Origin: the human T2T-CHM13v2.0 reference genome, Homo sapiens
Assembly: GCF_009914755.1 (NCBI RefSeq)
Contig: NC_060931.1
Direction: 5' to 3' (one strand)
Length of the DNA stretch: 64,000 nt
Position 1 is the first letter of the stretch, and every line of letters starts with the position of its first letter. Position numbers and translations under genes: made by a program. Below the pieces are notes generated by a model. That model saw only the letters and a program-made list of their open reading frames with translations, ran no database searches and had not been told where the DNA came from. This document shows positions 29,168 through 40,070 of the stretch, one piece after another.

Positions 29168-29459
29168 ATTTTTATTTTGATTTTTTTTTAGAGATGCAGT
29201 CTTACTCTGTAACCCAGGTTGGAGTGCAGTGATGCAATCGTAGCTCACTGCAGCCTCAGACTCCTGGGTTTGTGCTATCTTCCTGCCTCAGGTCTCCAAG
29301 TACCTAGGACCACAGGTGCACACCACCACCTCTAGCTAATTTTTTTTCTTTTTCTCATTATCTCGCCCAGGCTGGTCTCAAACTCCTGGGCTCTAGCAAT
29401 CCTCTCACCTCAGCCTCCCAACGTGCTGGTATTACAGGCACGAGCCACCGTGCCTGGCC
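29168..29459 (-). mobile_element. AluJ
   Basis: atcgtagctcactgcagcctc, aactcctgggctc diagnostics. Confidence 0.93.
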
Positions 29460-29639
29460 TGGTGTTCAGTATTCTTAAGTTGAGTGCTTAGAATATGTTC
29501 TCAAATTTTCTTTATATAAATTAATTTCATTATGAAATAAAAGAATACCTATGGCATGTATGGAATATTAAATATAATGAAATTGACAACCTTTTCTCCA
29601 GCAAATGAAGATTATTGTTGCTATTGCTGTCTTATTGAT

Positions 29640-29790
29640 AAAGATCAAACTTGGTTGTCCATCCTAATCTCCTAGGGAGCTTTTAAAAATCCTGGTGTCC
29701 AGTTCCAGCCCATAATGATTAAATCAGAATATTAGAAATTTTCTAATCACCAGATAATTCCCATGTGCAGCAAAGTTTGGAAACCACTGG
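29640..29790. mobile_element. MER5A (hAT-Charlie)
   Basis: tcaaacttgg...ctagggagctttt...ttaaatcagaat...gtgcagcaaagtttggaaaccactg. Confidence 0.7.
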
Positions 29791-30336
29791 GAAATATCAG
29801 TCATTTGTTAGCTCATTCATTCTTTTCTTGCTGATTACAAGAACAAAACATTTTTGTTTTGTTTTTTGAAAATATTATTTCCTGTAATGTATGTTAAAAT
29901 CTACTGTTTCTTAAAAAGACTGTCCCTTAATGCCTTTTGGGAAACTCATAAATTGTACATTTCACCTATACTTGTTACATGAAAGCCACAGAGTACTGTA
30001 GAAACAAGTTCTCTATGAAATCAGGGGTCCTTTGTTTAAACTAAGAAATAATCAGAATAAGGGAGAAAATTAGAAACCCAAATTTGTAATTAATAAATCA
30101 ATAATTATTGCTTTTAGACAATTCATTTAAATACCAACAAGTTTTTGCTTTTATGAAGAAGAGTTGTTTTGGCAGGGGGAAGAAAAAGAATTCATTCATT
30201 ATAAAATTGATCCCAGATACATGAGTATTCACCAGTAAAATAAATTCACTGCGGTCTCATGCCAAGTTCTTTCTTTCCTGATCGGTCCTACTTCCAGAGT
30301 CTTCTCTCTCCCGTTCTTTCCCTTCCCCCTCCTTAC

Positions 30337-30707
30337 TTAATTTTATTCGCAAATTCTTGCCATTTGGAACAGTTTTTGGAGAACAGAAAAGTGATGCTTG
30401 AGAGGTGAAAGGCAATCACAAACTGGCCTGGAATCAATTGATAGGGAGAATTCTTGACAGCACTCCCCAGCTGATTCCCAGCTGTACTTGGGATGCGGCT
30501 GCTCGGCAGCAGTCTTAGCAATTTGGGTCCGCTCATGGTAATTGGTTTCAGATGAAACCAGAACAACTCATTTCACACCGTCCTCATCCCACTGCCCGAG
30601 GAACAGAAGGACGTAATATAACATATTCAGGGCAGAATCCCAGCTTCATGGAAATCCCATCACTAAAATTCTGGTCTGAATTGGATGCGATTGTGTCCTG
30701 GTAGTCC
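30337..30707 (-). other. Candidate internal exon C of a minus-strand, probably non-coding transcript (371 nt)
   Basis: Minus strand: branch point CTAAT, pyrimidine tract ccttcttaccacacAG|G, donor TAA|GTAAGG followed by G-runs; 8 CpGs retained in non-repeat sequence; stops in all three frames. Confidence 0.45.
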
Positions 30708-31059
30708 CTGTGTGGTAAGAAGGATTAGTCTAGTGTTATTGCAGTGGTTAGCTGTGCTCACCCTGCTGCTCTGGCTATTACTCTTATATTTCCCTCAGAA
30801 CATCTTGTTTTACACATACTAAATGTATCCCTAATCATGTAGTTAAGGAAAATGTTAGTGATCATATTCCTAACTTAGAAAAGAAATAGTGGGTGCAGTT
30901 TCACTATTGTTTTCACTTAATGCCCCCACCCCTTTTAAATTTAAAGCTTCAAATGAAAATACTTTGCAATAAATACTCTCTTTTCTTACCTCTTTTAATA
31001 AAATGAAACATAATTTCAGAGTTTCTTTAGTGGAGAAATTGAGTCCATTCTATGTCTGT

Positions 31060-31870
31060 TTTCACAGACTGTACATGCTACTTTCAGCTTCAAGTCAAGT
31101 AACAAGATATTGAGCAGTAGATATTTAAACAATGTAGATCTATTAGTTAACATAAGAAGGGATCTGAAGGTGAAGTGCTTCCAGGGCTGGTTAAGCAGCT
31201 GAAGAATGCTATAAAGAACTCAGGATTTCTCATCACCATCACACTCCCACCTCCACCATCTGCACTCTCAGTGTGCCACTAATGTCTGTATTCCTGGTAA
31301 CGAGATGGTGTCACTAGAGCCAAACATCACACTTCCAGAGACCACTCAGTGATGGTCTGGTAAATGTTTAATCACCTTTTATCTGGAAAATAAAAATAAA
31401 AAGCGTTTTAATTTGCAGCATTTGCTGATTTTCATGTTGTAAATTTTCCCACCAGGGTCAAACGATTCCCAGGTCCAACATGATGTCTCTGAACGTGGAC
31501 CTGGGAAGAGATGTGCACCATCACGAGTCAGTATCTAAGTTGGTTCTGACGTACCGCTGGATGCCATCCAGGCAGGAGCAAGCTATATTTTACAATTTGT
31601 ATTTAGGAAGGAAAAGCTTCCCCACAAATCCGTAAATTCTCTTATGCTTCATTGGTCTTGCTTACATCTCATGCCTACCCCTAAACTAATTACCATGAAA
31701 GGGACTGGAGTGACCATGATTGCTTAGAAAGAATAATCTGCATTCACTCTTCGGGGCTGGGTAACTTCCTGTAAGCTTATGAGAGAGAACATACCTGAAA
31801 AAAATTGGAGCAGTTCAACAAATAGGGAGGAGATGAGATGTACCTGCTGGGTGAGTAAACAATAGCGTCT
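31060..31870. mobile_element. MLT1K-like MaLR LTR, interrupted by MER63A
   Basis: ttccagggctggttaagcagct...cattggtctt...catgcctacccctaaactaattacc...ggggctggg. Confidence 0.6.
31347..31559. mobile_element. MER63A (hAT-Blackjack)
   Basis: TIR-like ends cagtgatggtctggtaaatgtttaa ... gacgtaccgctg; internal gggaagagatgtgcac. Confidence 0.75.
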
Positions 31871-31964
31871 GCCGGAGGCACAAAACCAGACATAATTATG
31901 TTCTTATGCACAAGTACACATGAGAAGGAATATAGAAAGGTAAGCACATATATTTTTACTCTAC

Positions 31965-32147
31965 CTTCAGCATCTTTTTATGAGTCTATCATTAAGAAAA
32001 ACACACAGGTCATTAGGATATGTCATCTTTTTGTTTGAGCAACTCCTGGAGCCTGGTCATGGCGAAACATCAAAGTCGAAGGAGATTACGAGCTGAGTTG
32101 GGTCGATGGTTCTCAGCACTTCAAACAGTGTGAATGGTTGGGAACAT
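31965..32147 (-). other. Candidate internal exon B of the same transcript (183 nt)
   Basis: Minus acceptor gctttccttttggaattttAG|A; donor GAAG|GTAGAG; 4 CpGs within about 45 nt of unique sequence. Confidence 0.35.
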
Positions 32148-32749
32148 CTAAAATTCCAAAAGGAAAGCATTATCTTTTATATAAAACATGACCTTGAAAC
32201 AATGTTAATATTTTTTTGGCTATGAGTACTTTATTATCTGCTGTTCAACAGCACCTTTCTAAAGCATGCTCGTCATTTCCATCAATCCAGATGTTTCCTT
32301 TTTATTTAAAATAGGAAAGTCTTACCCATGTAGATGCACACAGTTGCATTAAGGAGAGTAGCTAAAGATGATTAAGAAGGGCCTGAGCAGACAAAAAGAA
32401 GTACTGTGTTTTCTTGAGGTTGAAAGAAAATAAGTGTGTTTGACTCTTGATGAATGGATAGTTTTTTACTTTCCATCATGACAGTTTGTAGTTACTTCTT
32501 ATTGTATTTTTAAAAAATAATCCAGTTTACTTTTTCAAAATATTCACATCTGTCATTCATTCTCCTTGCTCCTCCTTTCTCAGTACTTCAACCTCAAACA
32601 CACACATACCACTCTATCTGTGAATGGGCTTTTTTTTCTCTTTCAAGGAGACCAAGATCTTAGATGTCTTTTTAGCTCCATCTGCCATTGCTCACTATTA
32701 TTTTGCTTATTGACAATGCAGAGGTGACATGAGTGGTTCGAGATTCTGC

Positions 32750-33330
32750 ACTTATTATGAGGAGAGATTAGTAACTCTGCTGCTTCAGTCTAGGCTAGTC
32801 AGGTCACGATTTAGAACTTTCACCAAATTGATGAGTTAAGTCCCTAAGGTGGGGAAATGCATGATCTTCTAATACAGGAAGAACTCTGTTAATAATGCCA
32901 CCATAATAGTAATGATGTCTCTGCTGTCATACAGGTTACTCATGTTACACTGTTCTGTGCTACCTTTGCGTGGTCTAATCTATGCTATAATTAGCAATTG
33001 AACATTAACAACTGTTGCTACACGCTAAGGCCTAAAATAAGTTTTTCTTTCTTTTTTTTTTTGAGATGGAGGAGTGGTAATCACTTTGCTCCCTGTCAGT
33101 AAAGAACTATAAGGGGTGAAGCAGGCTTGACTTGAAAGAGATGTTGGTTAGATGTAAGGAAGCAATGCTTTGAGGTTGATAAATCCTCCAAGAAAGAGTG
33201 AGTTGTCAATCATAGAAATCCTTAGAGAATAAGTTTCTTTAACCTTGATGTTTTAGACGTAACTTATATGAAGGCTAGAGGATGATCCAAAAGAGATGTG
33301 ATATCTTCTTCTAGGTTTGAGTCTGTTCAG
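32750..33330 (+). mobile_element. Probable L3/CR1 remnants
   Basis: ggctagtcaggtcacgatttagaac and ggttagatgtaaggaag...gtgagttgtcaatcatagaa resemble the CR1 ORF2 end and 3' UTR. Confidence 0.4.
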
Positions 33331-34059
33331 CGATGTAAATTTAGTTTCAGATCTACAGCAAATTTACAATGTGACCTTCCCACTATGGGTACTGAATAGA
33401 TAAACTCCATCTCTCAGGTCCAAGAAAAAAATGGTTGCTTCTCTAGAGGCATTTTATGAATATTTAGATCCCCACCCCCATCCATCTCTGGTGCCAGATA
33501 GCCATTTTAAAGGATGTGTGAGCTGTGCTGTACAATTGTGTGAGCATTCCATAAATGTGTGATCAGAAAATAATTTACTGTTTATACTTTAGGTAAAGAT
33601 AATGGTATTATTACCCTCATACCAACTTCAGAAGGCACATATTAGAAAAAAATACTTTATTTGTATATAACAGCTTCTTCTTTGCACCACTAAAACTTTG
33701 GATTGTTATATTTAGATTTCTTGTTCCACTACTTTTCTGTAAAGAAATGTCAATTTTGAGGAATACTTTTTTAAGTTGGTGCTCCTCAATGGCAAAATGT
33801 GTTTTAATAAAATGCAGGTAATTTACTCAATCCGTTAATTAATTTACAAATTTAAACTTGTAATATCTCCTTTGCTCCTATGTTAACACAGGTGAAATGA
33901 AGCATCAGCAAAGGATTCAGAAACAAAATGTAATTTACAGTTAATCTCTTTTAAGCATAAATATTTCTCCTCCTTTATGAAAACTGTACATAGCTTCTAC
34001 AGCCTCCAGATTACTCAAAATTTTGAAAATACATGTTTTTCACCAAGCACACTTTTCAC

Positions 34060-34490
34060 ATTTAAAAAATTTTATATTCTAGAATAGTTTTGGATTTATG
34101 GAACAATTACAAAGATAGTAAAGATACCATCCCACACAATTTACCCTATTAGTATCTTCTGTAGTATATTGTGACATTTGTCACAATTAATGAATCAATA
34201 TTGATACATTTTTATTAACTGAAATCTATAATTTATTGAGAATTCCTTAGTTTGTACCTGTTGTTGTTTTACTGTCCAAGGGTCCCACCCAAGATACCAT
34301 CTTACGATTACTTGTCCTGTTTCCTTAGGCTCCACTTGGCTGTGACAGTTCCTCACACTTTCCTCGTTTTTGATGACCTTACTAGTTTTGAGGAGTTCTG
34401 GTTAGGTACTTTGCAAAATGTTCCTCAGTTTGTGTTTGTCTGATATTTTCTTATGATTAGACTGGAGTTGCAGATTTGGGGGAGGAAGCC
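34060..34490 (-). mobile_element. L1MC-type 3' UTR fragment
   Basis: catttgtcacaattaatgaatcaatattgatac...ttggctgtgacagttcctc...tgatgacctt...attagactgg. Confidence 0.8.
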
Positions 34491-35136
34491 AAGTACATTT
34501 ATAAAGGAAATTGTTTTGTTCTACCTTCCCATTTTCACACTGCAGATATTGTTTATGTTCACAAAAGTACACGTTAAAGGGTCTCCTGGAAACATGGATG
34601 TTAACTGCATTGCTTACCATAAAGTTATATGTAGATCACATAGCAAAGTTAAATTCTCAAAATCAAGGATACATAACTTCAGCAATAATTTGCTTCCTTC
34701 TGAAAATAGTCAGGTGGCTATAATGAATTTCTAGTGGTGATTTCCTGACTTCTCAATTATAAATCTATGGGATTGGAAAGGACTAATCCCAGATGCTTGG
34801 GAGTCTCTGTAATTTTCTAACTCTTGCTAGCCATGAAAAATATCTGTTGAAATGAAATCTTGCATGCCCACATAAACAAATAAATAAAAGCAAAACTGGT
34901 CTGATTACAGCAGGGCCCCAGAAGGACATGCTTAGCATAAATGCATATCCACTAGTTTGGTAGATCGGTAGAATGAACAGGGAGTAAGTATACTACTTCA
35001 CGTGATTGGAGGAGAATTCAGTGATGTGTGAGGTGTCTAGTGTTGCAACTTAATGGCACATGGTCACTCAAGAAATATCAAATTCCCTTATAAACTATAA
35101 TTTAGTACATGGATCTTTACTTGCCATTTGAATATC

Positions 35137-35138
<2 letters not shown>

Positions 35139-35174
<36 letters not shown>
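35139..35174. repeat. (TG)18 microsatellite
   Basis: Perfect dinucleotide run. Confidence 0.97.
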
Positions 35175-35184
<10 letters not shown>

Positions 35185-36521
35185 GAGGTGTACACGCCAA
35201 AGAAAATACATATAATGATGGGATATGAGATAATCATGATGAATAATTAATCTTATATTGGGAAATTATGAGAATTACTGTGGGTTAATATCAAAACTCA
35301 GAATAACCAAATAAAGTTATATAAAATATTTCCTGACATCTGAAATATATTACATTTTAAAATGCTTTATGAAGACATAAATATTGGTTGGACAGCAGTT
35401 TTAAAAACGATTGCCTATATATCATCTTGCATTGAAAATGTTTTCATTGATGTTATGGAGTATCTTGTCAGTTATGGTATTCAAATATTAATCTCTACTC
35501 TCCAATATTTTAAACAATCCAAAACAACATCACTTATTAAGTTTATACAACAGGAAGATGGAAGCTTAGAATTCAGTGGAAAATTTGTTTTGTGTCCAGT
35601 GTATTAGTTGAGAAAAATGAGCAAAGTAAATATGTTAAGGCCATTAAATAATAATTCTAATACACTTTACTGTATTAATATTTTACTAAAAAGTTGCAAT
35701 AATAATAAAAATGAGTATGAGACAAATTTTGCAATAATTATAATTTGTCTTTGGTATTTGGCATATTTGGTGAATCTAAATAATACATTTTATAAAATTT
35801 AAAAAATATTACATTTGATCATGAATGGATGACTAATAACTGTTTAATTTGCTCTATCATTTTATATTATTGTTTCAGGTATTGTTGTCTTAAGGCATTT
35901 TGTTAATAATTATACTGCAATTGGTTTAAAAATATTTTCAAATCCATATGAGGTAGGGAGGGAAAACAATTTTTCTTTTTTTTTTAGTTTACAAATGAAC
36001 AAAGCAAAGCAAACAGCAATTGAGTAACTTCTGTGTATTACAGAGGGACTCAGTGGAACAACTAAGTGTCCTAAATCTCCGGTCGTAGTTTTTCCACTGA
36101 AGATCATGGTTAGTTTAGCTACATCTATTCTCTTTTAAATCTAGTTCCTTCCTTCTTTCTGTTTAGCTAAGAGTGTTCCTTTTTCTTTATATTTGAATTG
36201 CCAAGTGGCTTAAGTCAGATAAAATTCTGTATGTGATATACTTGGTTTTGAAGCGGCAAACTTTTATGTGCGCTAAAAGATGACAGAGTGAGGTGATGTA
36301 CTATTATGTGTACACCTAAAGTTCAGAGTCACTGTAACAGCAGTCAGAGCTTTACTTTCTGTGACTTTGTGCCATGATTTTTTTTTTTTTCTAAATTTAC
36401 CTTGGTCCTGGTCAGTATTATTACCTACGTGTTTCTTAGTTCACAGAAATAAGGCAAGAAGCAATAGTAACTGTAGTCAGGCCACGGTCACCACGAATAG
36501 TGATCCCAAACATCATCTGCA

Positions 36522-37428
36522 TTTACTTTTTATTTATTTATTTTTTTTAGTTTGAAAATTTCTTTTTTTATTATACTTAAAGTTTTAGGGTACATGTGCA
36601 CAACGTGCAGGTTTCTTACATATGTATACATGTGCCATGTTGGCGTGCTGCACCCATTAACTCGTCATTTAACATTAGGTATATCTCCTAATGCTATCCC
36701 TGCCCCCTCCTCCCACCCCACAACAGGCCCCGGTGTGTGATGTTCCCCTTCCTGTGTCCATGCATTCTCATTGTTCAGTTCCCACCTATGAGTGAGAACA
36801 TGTGGTGTTTGGTTTTTTGTCCTTGCGATAGTTTGCTGAGAATGATGGTTTCCAGCTTCATCCATGTCCCTGCAAAGGACATGAACTCATCATTTTTTAT
36901 GGCTGCATAGTATTCCATGGTGTATATGTGCCACATTTTCTTAATCCAGTCTATCATTGTTGGACATTTGGGTTGGTTCCAAGTCTTTGCTGTTGTGAAT
37001 GGTGCCGCAATAAACATAGGTGTGCATGTGTCTTTATAGCAGCATGATTTATAACCCTTTGGGTATATACCCAGTAATGGGATTGCTGGGTCAAATGGTA
37101 TTTCTAGTTCTAGATCCCTGAGGAATCGCCACACTGACTTCCACAATGGTTGAACTAGTTTACAGTCCCACCAACAGTGTAAAAGTGTTCCTATTTCTCC
37201 ACATCCTCTCCAGCACCTGTTGTTTCCTGACGTTTTAATGATCGCCATTCTAACTGGTGTGAGATGGTATCTCATTGTGGTTTTGATTTGCATTTCTCTG
37301 ATGGCCAGTGATGATGAGCATTTTTTCATGTGTATTTTGGCTGCATACATGTCTTCTTTTGAGAAGTGTCTGTTCATATCCTTCGCCCACTTTTTGATGG
37401 GGTTGTTTTTTTCTTGTAAATTTGTTTA
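36522..37428 (-). mobile_element. L1PA (L1PA3-like), 5'-truncated
   Basis: ORF 36775..37377 is the ORF2p C-terminus; 3' UTR with taatgttaaatgacgag; bipartite tail; no clear TSD. Confidence 0.97.
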
Positions 37429-37815
37429 AATGTGAGAATTGCTATATACATTATTTATTGTTAGAGCCGCCATATATTGGGGTTTGTTTGTCATTTCCTA
37501 GAATATTAGAGATATCAAGAGAACATTTGGAAAACTGGCCTTTAGAACTAGGGAGAAATGATGGTGAGATAAGTTGTATTATTTTATATCAATTTAATTT
37601 GATAAAGCACATAATCAATGCTGACATTACTAGACTTTTCTGGGTTCCAAGAGATCATATAAAACTGTGTTCTCTGAATCTATATCAGAGAGATGAACAG
37701 ATATTGCCTTCTGAATGGAAGTCAGGGACCAGGAATCTACTTCTTTTTTGGTTATCCTAGCTGAGCTATCTTTTTCAATAGGAAGTCACTTACTCTAGCC
37801 TTTAACTTGCTGAAG

Positions 37816-38386
37816 TGTGTTCCTGGCCAACAGACAAAATGGACTTCCCCACGGCTAACAGAAGTGCTTAAAGTTGAAACAGAACTATGCAGCCATAGCT
37901 GGGTGAGGGAGCCATCAGTAACTCTATGTTCTCAGAAAGATGTTGTGAAAGTATCATGAAACCTTCTTTTCTACAATCAAGCAAAACCAGTTCCTGTTGT
38001 CAGGCCTGGATCAGAAAGCCAGAACCTCACCCAGCTTCATGCCATCACATGCCCTCTTGCACACCCACCACTGCCCTTTGAAAGAAACATAAGACAGAGA
38101 CTTCTGGTTTGGGGCTTTGAAACAAACCAGTCAGCTCTTACTTGCCCCAGCCAATCAAGGCTCAGCTGCACTGACCAATCAGAACTAAGGAAGATTCAAT
38201 CTTTCATTTGCATAAACAGATCTGATTGGCAACCCAGGCAGGAGTTTCTTGCTATAAAACTTGAACCCTCTCCTTGTTTTCTAGAATGTGCACCTTCATT
38301 TTTACACTAGAGGCTGCATCTCCCAGGATTTGGTTCACTGAAACAAAATCTCTTTCCTTCAAATTCCTTGTCAGAGAATGTTTACA
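37816..38386 (+). mobile_element. Solo ERV LTR (LTR47-like; subfamily uncertain)
   Basis: TG...CA ends; U3-like CCAAT boxes (38151, 38175, reverse 38225), octamer 38206-38213 and TATAAAA 38253-38259; decayed poly(A) signal near 38340. Confidence 0.7.
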
Positions 38387-39539
38387 AACTCTTTTGCCAC
38401 AAGTCGTCTCTATTTCTTTATCATTATTTTAATGTGATGGAAGTTATCCATCCTTCATGTGATATATATGATATATTTTGAGAAGATGAAAAGGTCCAAG
38501 GCATAATTTTCATTGACTTCCTCTTTCTGGAAGTCCTTCCTGCCACTTCTGTACGTCCATAGTTCTGCGTTTTTACTTTTCTGGTGTACTTCTCTCTTTT
38601 AGTTGTGTGGTGTAGTTATGGCTGTGCTTGTTTTATCTTCTTTCCCTGAGTGCACATTCTGATAAGATAGCAAGAGCAATGATTCATCACTTACCACCCT
38701 TTTTAGTCCTAGTCTGGTGCTCAGTGTGTTGTAGAAATTCAGTGACAATTATTGAAATAAATCTTTAACATGAAATATTATTTCAGTATAATGCAACTTT
38801 TGCTTAATGTCTCTCAATATTCAATATTGTTTGAATGCTACCCAAATCACATAACTCTAAGTTATCAGAACAGAAGGTGCATAGAGTAAACATCTCTCTG
38901 TGGGTACATGCCTTTTGTTTTTAGTGTGGATTATATTTTTTCCTCAGGATTTTGGAAAGCCCAAAGTGGCTTCTAAATATTTTAAACATAGAGACATCTC
39001 TAGCTTTCTGAATGATTACAAAAGCCATTTCTACTTAAATTAAGCCTGCTTCACGTGTTATAGTTTTATGTAATTTCTTCAGCTTTTTAATAGTCTATAC
39101 AGTTTAGTAACTGCACGATGTTTAAGGTGTTTGGATGCCATTTGGAAGCTTCATAAAAGGAGGTCACTTAGAGTTCAGAAATGTTTAGAAAAGAGAAAAA
39201 AAATCTTAGGAAGGTTCTCTTTGGAGTTAGCAATTCAGAACCTCTTCTTTGTTTGCATTCAAGATACAATATGCCAAGCTAAGATTATCTGTTTTGAATC
39301 AGGAAAAAAGCAAAGTTAAAAACAGAGCAAAGTAAGTTGTGTCATATATAAGGGAATATCTCAAGTCTCTTGTGCTTGCGTTGTTTAAAAAAATTGTATT
39401 TGTAAATTTATGGTATTTTAAAGTGATGCGCTTACTGAGTTTGAAAAAGAAATTTATAAAAAGAATAACAGAAAGTTTCATTGCTCTGCCTAAAGTTATG
39501 GCTCATAATTTTGGAACATATGCTCTAAGCTGTGTCATG

Positions 39540-40070
39540 AAGTGGTGGGGGGGGGGGGTGCTTCTGAGTCATCCCCCTTCTTGTTTAGCCTAGAGAGAAG
39601 TAGAATTTAAGATAGCCATTTATGCATCTACACATACTTAAAATGTAGCCCGCCAGAGCAGAGGATCCATTGAGAGAAAAAGACAGGGGAGACGGAAGTG
39701 ACCAATAGCTAGCTTCTGGCTGGATAAAAAATTGACACATAACTTCTGGCTTCCCCTCAAGTGGAGCTTTTGCGAGGGATTTATAGGTCAGATAGCTCAG
39801 CAGTTTGAGCTTGTTGCCCACCGTACCTTAACAAAGCTTGTGCGTGTTTGTACAGCTGGACTGGTAGCTGTGGGAGTCCCGAGAATCCCACAGCCCTCCC
39901 GTCCCTGTACCTCCCCTTCGCCATTTACCAGCACACAAATACACACAGAATGAAACTGTCTGACTAGCAGGTTAAAGGCCCACAATTCAAGCCCTGTTTA
40001 TTTTCTTTCCTTGATTTCCTGCTGCTACAGTGAGTAAATGATATTTTTCCCCCTTGCTTTTTTTTTAACC
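39540..40070. promoter_or_regulatory. Candidate promoter/enhancer in unique DNA
   Basis: G12 run 39547-39558; AP-1 TGAGTCA 39565-39571; ETS CGGAAGTG 39693-39700 adjacent to CCAAT 39702-39706; kB-like GGGAGTCCC; SOX and FOX motifs; local CpG/GC enrichment; splice donors on both strands. Confidence 0.55.
39827..40039 (-). other. Candidate first exon A (minus strand)
   Basis: TTAAAAA starting 29 nt upstream of Inr-like TCA(+1)TTT at 40039; donor AAG|GTACGG after 39827. Confidence 0.35.

Noticed and set aside
30333-30566. 77-aa ORF running into the exon C donor (MSGPKLLR...)
   Set aside because: No recognisable homology and no downstream exon identified, so it is not called as a CDS.
30400-30578. 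Two short matches to the recalled LF-SINE consensus on the minus strand (tgtgaaatgagttg and gcctttcacctct)
   Set aside because: The matches are in the wrong relative order and only 13-14 nt long; an nhmmer search against Dfam would be needed before making any claim.
33040-33071. Poly(T) plus gagatgga, resembling an extremely truncated Alu 3' end
   Set aside because: Only about 9 informative bases and no TSD.
30543-34187. Short palindromes tggtttca-ga-tgaaacca (30543-30560) and attgtgaca-tt-tgtcacaat (about 34168-34187)
   Set aside because: Arms of 8-9 bp are expected by chance in 64 kb of AT-rich DNA, and the sequences are unrelated to each other.
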